Of a stretch of DNA of 32,000 bases, positions 1 to 7,419 are shown in pieces. Every line of letters starts with the position of its first letter. Positions within the stretch are counted from its first letter, which is position 1. Where the stretch lies: the NCBI RefSeq assembly GCF_900232105.1, contig NZ_LT934425.1:3570001-3602000 (forward strand). The letters run 5' to 3'. Both the position numbers and the translations under genes were made by a program. The notes below the pieces were generated by a model that saw nothing but the letters and a program-made list of their open reading frames with translations, ran no database searches and had not been told where the DNA came from. The DNA is from Candidatus Kuenenia stuttgartensis (GTDB lineage: Bacteria; Planctomycetota; Brocadiia; Brocadiales; Brocadiaceae).

Positions 1-1
1 G

Positions 2-907
2 ACAAGGCATGTTGTGAGATTCCTCAGTCCCAGGTGGCAGGATATGGCTCAGGGGACAGGGATAAAGTATCGCATAAACACTGATGGACTTAAAAAAGTC
101 AGGGATATAAAAGGCAATCCTTCAGAATTACGGGAAGTAGTATTGAATATTATCACTAATGCATTGGATGCCATGCCCAAAGGAGGTACCCTTTGTTTTA
201 ATATCTGGGAGGATGAAGATAACGTAAATTTGAGTATTTCCGATACGGGGGCCGGTATGACTGAAGAGGTGATATCGAAAATCTTTGATCCTTTCTTCAC
301 GAGCAAGGAAAAGGGCACAGGCTTAGGTTTGAGTGTTGTTTATGGGATTGTTAAAAGACATGGGGGTGTGATACACGTTTCCAGCACGGTTGGAATGGGA
401 AGTGTTTTCCTATTATCGTTTCCATCAAAAAAAGAGGTTTATACGGTAGAAGAAGCACAAATAATCGGGACAAAAAAAGGGATGATGGAAGATAATGTAT
501 TGGTGCTTGATGATGCGAACACAGTCAGCGATGCGGTGTTGGAGTATGGTGGGGGAAATAAGATATTGGTGATTGAGGATGAATTGGTTATAGGAAAGGT
601 GTTGTGCAATTTTCTTACAGAGGGAGGGTATGTTGTTGAATATTGTAATAATGGTGCAGATGCATTAGATAAATTAAAACAATACAAATATGACATTGTC
701 CTTTGTGATCTTGGGATGCCGGGGGTTTCGGGATGGGATATAATGAATGCAGTAGAAATGTTACAAGAAAAACCAAAGGTCGGTATAATTACCGGATTCC
801 TGAATACCGCGGATACTTTTCCAGATAATAAAATAAAAGCAAATTTTATCATCAATAAGCCATTTGATTTAGAAGTTGTATTAGAACATATTCAGCAGAT
901 ACTTTAA
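2..907 (+). CDS. hybrid sensor histidine kinase/response regulator, C-terminal part (5' end outside window)
   Basis: The frame is open from the window edge. HATPase_c motifs are present (NALDAMPKGGTL, DTGAGM, GTGLGLS). A CheY-like receiver follows (ILVIEDE ... DIVLCDLGMPGVSGW ... INKPF). Confidence 0.9.
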   Translation, partial: TRHVVRFLSPRWQDMAQGTGIKYRINTDGLKKVRDIKGNPSELREVVLNIITNALDAMPKGGTLCFNIWEDEDNVNLSISDTGAGMTEEVISKIFDPFFTSKEKGTGLGLSVVYGIVKRHGGVIHVSSTVGMGSVFLLSFPSKKEVYTVEEAQIIGTKKGMMEDNVLVLDDANTVSDAVLEYGGGNKILVIEDELVIGKVLCNFLTEGGYVVEYCNNGADALDKLKQYKYDIVLCDLGMPGVSGWDIMNAVEMLQEKPKVGIITGFLNTADTFPDNKIKANFIINKPFDLEVVLEHIQQIL

Positions 908-940
908 AGGGATAGATAATTCGTATCTGCTTTGTATTTT
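894..940 (+). terminator. possible rho-independent terminator after the hybrid kinase
   Basis: A 9-bp stem agcagatac (894-902) / gtatctgct (923-931) is followed by the T-rich ttgtatttt. The loop is long (20 nt), so the call is weak. Confidence 0.35.
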
Positions 941-1013
941 AAAAGAGGTTAAAGTTATTCGCGTGGTAGGTACAATATGTACATGCGCACGCGCATTTGG
1001 AGTTGCAGAAAAA

Positions 1014-1184
1014 ATGAGTTGGACGTGTCCTCACCAAAAAAATAATGAATGTATCCGGTTAAAGAAACCATGCCAGCCTCTGCAGAAGGGTTGTGTGTTG
1101 GAAGATAAAGTTACATTTATAGATTTTCAATATGAGGATAACGAAAATCAAAAACATTCAAAAAAAGGTAACTATCCAGCGTAA
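1014..1184 (+). CDS. hypothetical small Cys-rich protein (56 aa; C-x7-C ... C-x6-C)
   Basis: An ATG at 1014 is preceded by ggag. Four cysteines occur in two pairs. The 3' end overlaps an IS-end-like repeat (1169-1197), so it may be truncated or spurious. Confidence 0.25.
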   Translation: MSWTCPHQKNNECIRLKKPCQPLQKGCVLEDKVTFIDFQYEDNENQKHSKKGNYPA

Positions 1185-1197
1185 ACATTACCGCCAA
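1169..1197. repeat. solo copy of the outer-arm motif (g)gtaactat(c/t)cagcgtaaacattac shared with 6961-6988, 26749-26768 and (reverse complement) 28415-28439
   Basis: Direct comparison: ggtaactatccagcgtaaacattaccgcc here versus tgtaactattcagcgtaaacattacacgg, the reverse complement of 28411-28439. Confidence 0.7.
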
Positions 1198-1247
1198 ACA
1201 CCGGCTACGGATTGCGTTGCTCGCCTGGAAGCCGGTTTTTGTACCAT

Positions 1248-1316
1248 TTTAGTTTTTTGAAAAATTCCAACAATAACAAAATACATAAAACCAGGGTGTA
1301 GGGACGAAGCATTTGC
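1248..1316. repeat. half-copies of two dispersed repeat families
   Basis: tttagttttttgaaaaattcc (1248-1268) matches the left TIR region of the foldback element at 30868. tgtagggacgaagcatttgca (1296-1316) matches one arm of the hairpin at 21142-21212. Confidence 0.65.
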
Positions 1317-1350
1317 ATTTCAAACTCGAAATCCTCAGATGAGTGTCAGG

Positions 1351-1474
1351 GGGAGCATTCCCGATTTTTTGTAACCGATTATGTGATTGGGGCAAAACAA
1401 CATTGCCAGGGATTAATACTACTGTACGTTTCATTAAAACATGGCAGAAATCACAAAAAACCGGGAATGCAGCC
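1351..1474. mobile_element. MITE-like element, same TIR family as 2869-3085
   Basis: gcattcccgattttttg (1355-1371) and its inverted copy caaaaaaccgggaatgc (1454-1470) match 16/17. There is no ORF inside. Confidence 0.55.
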
Positions 1475-1611
1475 AGAGTTGACGTTTGAAGAATCAGCCC
1501 CACAAGGGCATGAAAGCTGCAAGAGACGTGGCAAGTCTGTCCCCCGCTGGCGAGAGGCATAGTTTGAACCGGTTTGTTGATATTATCAAGGAGAGATGTG
1601 TGACAGAGCCA

Positions 1612-2865
1612 ATGATTACTTGTCCGAAATGCCAGACTGCGATTAAGCTGACAGAATCGCTTGCGGCGCCGATCGTCGAGTCCGCCCGTCGCGAGTATGA
1701 GCAACGTCTGGCACAGAAAGACGCTGACATCGCCAAACGCGAAACCTTGCTTTGTGAGCGTGAAAAAGAGATTGTCAGGGCAAAAGAGGCTATTGACGGA
1801 CAGGTCGCAGAGAAACTGCGTCAGGAGCGCGACAGGATAGTTGCTGAAGAATCCAGGAAGGCCAAGCTTGCACTTGCTGCCGACTTTGAGCAAAAACGAA
1901 AGGAACTTGCCGATCTTCAGGAAGTGCTCAAACAGAGGGACGAGAAACTTGCCGAGGCGCAGAAGGCGCAGGCTGAAGTCTTGAGAAGGCAGCGGGAACT
2001 CGATGACGAAAAACGCGAATTTGACTTGACGGTGGAGAAGCGCATACAGGAAGGGCTTGCCACGGTACGTGAACAAGCGCACAAAGAGGCTGAAGACCAA
2101 CTTAAATTCAAGGTGTTGGAGAAAGAGCAGACTATTGCTTCAATGCAAAAGCAGATAGAAGAACTTAAGCGCAAGGCCGATCAGGGGTCACAGCAACTTC
2201 AGGGAGAAGTCCAGGAGCTTGAGCTTGAAGCGCTATTGATCTCGAAATTCCCGCGCGATACGATAGAACCCGTTCCGAAGGGCGAGCATGGCGGCGATGT
2301 GTTGCATCGGGTCATTGGCCATCTCGGCCAATCCTGCGGTACTATCTTGTGGGAGTCCAAAAGGACAAAGAGCTGGAGCGACGGCTGGCTTATCAAGCTT
2401 CGTGAAGACCAGCGGGCAGCAAAGGCAGAGATTGCCGTAATCGTCAGCCAGGCGCTCCCGAAGGGCGCGGCGACATTCGAATTGATTGACGGCGTATGGG
2501 TAACGCATCCCAGGGCAGCAATTCCCGTAGCTGTCACGCTCCGCCACACCCTCATCGAGGTCTCATCAGCCAGGCAGACTATGGAAGGGCAGCAAACCAA
2601 GATGGAAATGGTCTACAGGTACCTCACCGGCCCTAGATTCCGACAGCGTGTACAGGCCATCGTTGAGGCGTTCTCCTCCATGCAGGAAGACCTCGACAAA
2701 GAGAAGAAGATCATTACGAAGCAATGGGCCAAGCGCGAGGAACAGATCGGGCGCGTGATGCAGTCTACCGTTGGCATGTACGGCGACCTGCAGGGTATTG
2801 CTGGGAAGACGTTGCAGGAGATTGAGGGGTTGGAATTAAGCGCTTTGGAGGCATCTGAAGAATAA
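1612..2865 (+). CDS. DUF2130-like protein: N-terminal zinc ribbon, long coiled coil, C-terminal PD-(D/E)xK-like nuclease motif
   Basis: A CPKC motif sits at the N-terminus. About 200 aa follow that are rich in E/K/R/Q/A heptads. Then comes GGDVLHRV ... GTILWESKRTK (D ... E-x-K). The start is uncertain: ATG 1612, or GTG 1600 which lies 4 nt after aaggaga. The 283-aa antisense ORF is a GC artefact. Confidence 0.8.
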   Translation: MITCPKCQTAIKLTESLAAPIVESARREYEQRLAQKDADIAKRETLLCEREKEIVRAKEAIDGQVAEKLRQERDRIVAEESRKAKLALAADFEQKRKELADLQEVLKQRDEKLAEAQKAQAEVLRRQRELDDEKREFDLTVEKRIQEGLATVREQAHKEAEDQLKFKVLEKEQTIASMQKQIEELKRKADQGSQQLQGEVQELELEALLISKFPRDTIEPVPKGEHGGDVLHRVIGHLGQSCGTILWESKRTKSWSDGWLIKLREDQRAAKAEIAVIVSQALPKGAATFELIDGVWVTHPRAAIPVAVTLRHTLIEVSSARQTMEGQQTKMEMVYRYLTGPRFRQRVQAIVEAFSSMQEDLDKEKKIITKQWAKREEQIGRVMQSTVGMYGDLQGIAGKTLQEIEGLELSALEASEE

Positions 2866-2868
2866 TAC

Positions 2869-3085
2869 GGGTGCATTCCCGATTTTTTGCAAAAAAACAA
2901 TCAGTAGGGGTTAACAGTAACGTAGAGACAGGTTTCAAACCTGTCTTTTACCGCTTGAAAATGACAGAAACAACCCTGACAGGGTTCCAAACCCTGTCAG
3001 GGTTAATCAAACAAGATGTTTGCGATACAATACCTGTTAGCCAACAGGTAGGTGCGAATATTTGCAAAAAATCGGGAATGCACCC
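2869..3085. mobile_element. 217-bp MITE-like element with perfect 25-bp TIRs
   Basis: gggtgcattcccgattttttgcaaa (2869-2893) is the exact reverse complement of 3061-3085. Internal hairpins are agacaggtttcaaacctgtct (2926-2946) and ccctgacagggttccaaaccctgtcaggg (2984-3012). The 8-mer agaataat occurs near both ends (2859-2866, 3091-3098). Confidence 0.75.
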
Positions 3086-3712
3086 CTTCCAGAATAATCG
3101 CAGTACGTAGTGTTATGTCTCTGGAACCGTCCAAGGTTAAAAGAAACATTCAGCCGGGTTCCTGGTTGATTAAGCCGCGTTTTTATTTACCGCAATACAG
3201 GTGAGAAAGTCTTCACTCTTTTTTTCACCATCATTTAAATCATCGCGTTAATCCATAGTGTGAAAGCGCACATATTTCTTAGCACATCGCAATATGTACT
3301 CACTATATGAATTAATTAGTGATACCGCCGCATCACATCCCTTATGTAATACTAAATTTAATACGAGAATCTGCTGTATGTATTTGCATACAGTGGAAAA
3401 CAAGCATAACAACTCTAAGCATTAATAGTTTATGAAATATCTACTATACGGTGTATTGATTTGCATACAATATTTGTAAATTGCCCGGACTTGTTTTTAT
3501 CACTACTTCTCATGCCGTTGTTAATTTCATCAGGCATAACTACTTTTATCTTTGAAGGTTATAAATTTATTACTACTAGTATAAAAAAATTGTATTGTTT
3601 TAATTTTCAATGGCAAAGGCATTGCGTAGGTATTGCGTTGAGAAAAAAGTCTGTTTCGGGAGTGTTCCCGGAAGATTGTTAAAAAAGATGCAAATTGAAG
3701 GAGGATGGCGAA

Positions 3713-3961
3713 ATGTTTAAGAAGATAGGTATTGGTGTTGTTATTTCAGGGGCGTTAATGTTTAGTTATTTTGGATTAAACACAGCATTCATTAGCCCCG
3801 TAATCGCAGAAGAGGAAGGGAAAGACATTGAGAAAAAGACTGACGAGCTGATGGGTAGTTATAAAACAAGTAGTGCCTCATATGTTAGTGCTGTCGTTTC
3901 CAATGAGGATGTCTGCGAAAAATGCGGAAAAAAGAAAGATGATTGCACCTGCGAGGACTAA
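3713..3961 (+). CDS. small exported or membrane-anchored hypothetical protein with C-terminal CxxC ... CxC
   Basis: A strong RBS aaggagg lies 8 nt upstream of ATG 3713. The N-terminus is hydrophobic (IGIGVVISGALMFSYFGLNTAF). The C-terminus is CEKCGKKKDDCTCED. Confidence 0.6.
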   Translation: MFKKIGIGVVISGALMFSYFGLNTAFISPVIAEEEGKDIEKKTDELMGSYKTSSASYVSAVVSNEDVCEKCGKKKDDCTCED

Positions 3962-4152
3962 TAAGCAGTAAACAATTGATACGTTCGTCATACAGGAGTA
4001 TTCATTGTTATGTAAGCTGACGTTGGGCTAAATTGGTGACATATGAAAACAATTGGCGAAAGAAAACATTTATAGCATATCGCTTTGCGAAGTAGCGGGC
4101 GGATGTTTCCCAATAGCGCCAGTGGCTTGCATTTATTTGCTGGATTTTCAGG

Positions 4153-4185
4153 ATGGCATGGACAAACAGGGTTTGTCCGTGCCAT
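4153..4185. repeat. 15-bp-stem hairpin, member of a small dispersed family (see 10253-10277)
   Basis: atggcatggacaaac / gtttgtccgtgccat with a 3-nt loop (one G-T pair). Confidence 0.7.
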
Positions 4186-4379
4186 CAGTCGTGTAGGGGA
4201 GGGCATTATCCGCAGAGAAATAAACAACGTGTAAACGGAAGAGTGATATTTTGTTGGGTAATGCCCTGTCCTATCAGGTTCGCTTAATAGAAGATGAATT
4301 GTAACTATTCAGCGAGAAATATTTTAAATATAAATCAAAACATAAACATGCCAAATTACCTATTATGGGTTGGGTTTGA

Positions 4380-4772
4380 AATGCAGGAGGAAGAATTTCG
4401 TTACTCCCACGCACTGCTTAAAGAATCAAGACAAAAACATTTCAACCCTTACGATCTTATCTGTCTCTGTTGGATACCTTATTCTTAATGAGAAAGGGTT
4501 CATTCTGGCGGCAAACTTTGCAAGAGCTTTCATGCTGGGCATAGAGCCGCATTCGTTAACAAATAAACCTCTATCGAAATACATCGTAAAGGAGGATACA
4601 GATGCATTATACAAGGGCGTCTGAAATGGGAAACAAGGAAACCTGTGAACGGAGAATGCTTAAAGGAGATCAATCGTTTAATGCACAGCCTTAAAGCGTT
4701 GCGGTTGAGTATGCAGAGGGAAACATCATTCAATATCTTGTCACTATAGCAGATATTTCTGACTACAAAGAT
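4380..4772 (+). pseudogene. disrupted N-terminal PAS region of a decayed hybrid histidine kinase
   Basis: PAS-like sequence is split over three frames: ALLKESRQKHF in frame 1, GYLILNEKGFILAANFARAFMLGIEPHSLTNKPL in frame 2, and ETCERRMLKGDQSFNAQP in frame 3. An in-frame TAA at 4692-4694 is followed by SVAVEYAEGNIIQYLVTIADISDYK. Confidence 0.75.
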
Positions 4773-5858
4773 TTGGAAATAAAATTAAATAGTTTGTTAA
4801 AGTTCCACAGTGAGGACACTAATCCGGTGTTGCGGGTATCAAGTGAGGGAATAATTTTATATACCAATAATGCCGGTTCTCACATATTGAATTTGTTGGG
4901 CTGCCATGTATATCAAATACTTCCTGAACCATGGTTGAAAATGGTTGATAACGCCCTGCACAATGGCAGAACTATAACGTTTTACGGCGAATTTACCCTC
5001 CATGTGTATTCTTTTACGTTTACGCCAGTGAAAGAGAAAGGTTATGTTAATATTTACGGGCTTGACGTCACCCAACAACGCAAGCGGATGGAACAAGAAC
5101 TGCTGCATGCGCAGAAATTACAGGCAATAGGTGTTATGACAACAGGGATTGCGCATGAGTTAAACAACATGCTTGCAATCATAGACGGAAAGATACAGAT
5201 GTTAATGCAGGAAAATAAAGGCAGAAAAAAATTACTTAATGAATTACGTTTAATTCAAAGTTCAATCAAGGATGGCGCTGAAATTGTCCGCCGTATGAAT
5301 AAATTTACTACGGAGAAGGAAGATCGTGAAGGGTTTGTAGCAATTGACTTACGGGAAGAGATAAAAAATACAATTGATTTAATTTGCCCAAAATGTAAGG
5401 AACACTCAGAGAGAAAAGGAATTACCTATACCATAAATTTGGACGGCGTTAAACACGTTTCATGCATAAATGGCAATCCTTTGGGGTTGCGGGAAGTATT
5501 GATTAACATCATCTATAATGCCCTTGACTCCATGCCAGAGGGAGGAACGCTTTCCTTTTCTACAAGGGAAGAAAACGGAAGCGTCGTTTTAGAGATTTCA
5601 GATACAGGCATTGGCATGGACGAAGAAACGCAGACAAAAATCTTTGACCCTTTTTTTACCACCAAGGAATATGGCATGGGGTTGGGAATGAGTATTGTTT
5701 ATGGGACTGTCAACCGGCATGGAGGCAAAATAACGGTGCAAAGTAAAAAGGGAAAGGGCAGTACCTTTATTCTAAGCTTTCCCATAGTGAAAGGGTCGCA
5801 AGGTATAACGAAGAATTATGCGCCTGGCAAAGGGATGTCAGATAAAAAGGGCGGGTGA
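4773..5858 (+). CDS. PAS/HisKA/HATPase_c sensor histidine kinase (largest intact ORF of the decayed paralogue; TTG start)
   Basis: H-box GIAHELNNMLAII. ATPase motifs NALDSMPEGGTL, DTGIGM and GMGLGMS. By eye it is roughly half identical to the kinase part of 2-907. Confidence 0.75.
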   Translation: MEIKLNSLLKFHSEDTNPVLRVSSEGIILYTNNAGSHILNLLGCHVYQILPEPWLKMVDNALHNGRTITFYGEFTLHVYSFTFTPVKEKGYVNIYGLDVTQQRKRMEQELLHAQKLQAIGVMTTGIAHELNNMLAIIDGKIQMLMQENKGRKKLLNELRLIQSSIKDGAEIVRRMNKFTTEKEDREGFVAIDLREEIKNTIDLICPKCKEHSERKGITYTINLDGVKHVSCINGNPLGLREVLINIIYNALDSMPEGGTLSFSTREENGSVVLEISDTGIGMDEETQTKIFDPFFTTKEYGMGLGMSIVYGTVNRHGGKITVQSKKGKGSTFILSFPIVKGSQGITKNYAPGKGMSDKKGG

Positions 5859-6214
5859 AACCGCATACTTATCGTAGATAATGAGGTAACTCAAGGAACA
5901 AAATTGAGCAGATTCCTTACGGGAGAAGGCTATAACGTTGTTTTTGTAGATAATGGCGCTAAGGCGTTAGCGCTTCTAAAAAAGGATGAATTTGATCTCG
6001 TGCTGTGTACCTTGGACTGCCGGATATATCAGGGTGGGCTATTGTGAATGCAATAAATACTATGGCCGGAAAACCAGTGATTGGCGTAATTACAGGATAC
6101 CTTAATGCGTCAAATTCATTGCCAGGCAAAGAAATGAACGCAGATTTTGTTATCAAGGAGCCTTTCGAATTAGAGGAGGTATTACGTTCCGTTAATGATT
6201 CATTAAAAGATTGA
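5859..6214 (+). pseudogene. receiver (REC) domain remnant, cut off from the kinase by an in-frame TGA and internally frameshifted
   Basis: After TGA 5856-5858 the same frame reads NRILIVDNEVTQG ... DEFDLVLC. One nucleotide is missing at 6009-6010, where gene 1 has the Asp codon. Sequence resumes in another frame as LGLPDISGW ... VIKEPFELEEV. Confidence 0.8.
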
Positions 6215-6960
6215 TATTGCAATACTTATAAAACCATTATGTGGCGATTGTGTTTGCAATGCAATTGTATTGTCTGGTAAGAAACCGACCTGCAGAAGCT
6301 CGTAGGCTGGTGGCCGTAGTTCCCAAAATTAATTCCTTCCCAGATACATGCGACACTGGCATGTTCCCTTTTAAACCACACATCTTTCTCGTAGTTAGCG
6401 ACCACGATAGAGTTGCTCTAATTCAGAGAAAAGGACGCATATCATGCATTAAGTTAGTATATCCCTTATTAACGCCTTGTGAGCGTTTGGTGATATCTCT
6501 GATGGTGTCCCTTCGTTTCCTAAGATAGGGCTCTTGGGTTTATCCAGTGACTTCATGCTTAAACCCTTGTTCTTGCCCTTGAAATCGTATCATGGAAACC
6601 TTAAATTTTGTTTGAAGTTTAGGCGCTTTATCCTCACCCAGCCTCACTCCAAGCTTCCCTCCAACTTTTCGTTCAGGCTGGCCTTGCAGAGAATGCACCG
6701 GCAGGACGTTCAGGCGTAACCACAGATAACACAGATTAAAAAATTCGTTACAATCTTAGAATTGACCAATGACCAAACAAATTCTAATGACAAAATGATT
6801 TGAAATTCTAAATGAACGCATCTTTCGTATTTCGTGCTTTGTGCCTGTTTGCTTCTGGCTATGTCAGTTTAGAGGCAAAATGGTTTACAAAAAGATTTGA
6901 GAAGATGCTTGATCGAAACATTTTATCTAAGAAAGCAGGCGGCGAAAGGAAAAGATAAAG

Positions 6961-7080
6961 GTTGCTATTCCGCGTAAACATTACACGACTCCCGGTAGGT
7001 TCACTCATTAGAAGGCTTTTGTCCTTGACAAAAGCCTTCTAATGAGTGAACCCACGAATGTTAGTTTTCAGTGCTATTAC
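6961..7080. repeat. large REP/MITE-like palindrome, an uninterrupted counterpart of the sequences flanking the IS110-family element
   Basis: A perfect 26-bp stem ggttcactcattagaaggcttttgtc (6998-7023) / gacaaaagccttctaatgagtgaacc (7027-7052) has loop ctt. A 37-nt identity links 7017-7053 and 28366-28402. The outer arm gcgtaaacattacacgactcccgg matches 28403-28427 (reverse complement) with 2 mismatches. Confidence 0.85.
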
Positions 7081-7094
7081 ATTCCCGAAAATCA

Positions 7095-7243
7095 CAGACC
7101 GGGTCAAATGAACTTTGTTGTCAAGGAAGTGGGGATGAATTGCTATAAACTCCTGTTTTTGCGCCTATTTTGCCGCTTTTTAGTAACAAAGTGGGGAATT
7201 ATACCCACGAAATAACGTAAAATTGCTTATTTGACCCGGTCTG
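7095..7243. repeat. 149-bp unit bounded by a perfect 15-bp inverted repeat
   Basis: cagaccgggtcaaat (7095-7109) / atttgacccggtctg (7229-7243). There is no ORF inside. Confidence 0.6.
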
Positions 7244-7390
7244 CGGAGCTTGGGAACGAGCGGTTTTTTCAAACCACCAAAGTCTTATCCATAATTCAGC
7301 GTTTTAGCTTTTTAAAAGTTTTATTTGGCAATATGTTCTCATTCACGTTATTGCAGGTTTATAATAGGTAAACAATTGTATACTTATTTA

Positions 7391-7419
7391 TTGACATATG
7401 CAGTTTCCTTAGTTATTAT
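7391..7419 (+). promoter_or_regulatory. candidate sigma70-like promoter upstream of narK
   Basis: TTGACA (7391-7396), 17 nt, then TATTAT (7414-7419). It would give a leader of about 340 nt. Prediction by pattern only. Confidence 0.25.

Noticed and set aside
1249-2100. 283-aa ORF on the minus strand overlapping the DUF2130 gene
   Set aside because: It is antisense to a well-supported CDS. The sequence is low-complexity and Leu/Phe/Ser-rich with no motifs. Long antisense frames are expected in a GC-rich coiled-coil gene.
2871-3110. 79-aa ORF, and similarly 21011-21274, 30691-30879 and 31036-31221
   Set aside because: All run through or abut MITE or hairpin repeats (peptides such as ETGFKPV and CRGEAF are translations of the palindromes). 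They are artefacts of the repeats.
5856-5858. In-frame TGA between the kinase and receiver read as selenocysteine or programmed read-through
   Set aside because: No SECIS-like hairpin follows immediately, the position is a poorly conserved linker, and the gene carries four other lesions. A nonsense mutation in a pseudogene is the simpler reading.
6241-6719. Two plus-strand ORFs (95 and 61 aa) and minus-strand fragments faintly reminiscent of toxin-antitoxin proteins (for example MPVSHVSGKELI)
   Set aside because: No frame gives a continuous recognisable domain, and the similarity is limited to a few residues. The region is treated as degenerate or non-coding.
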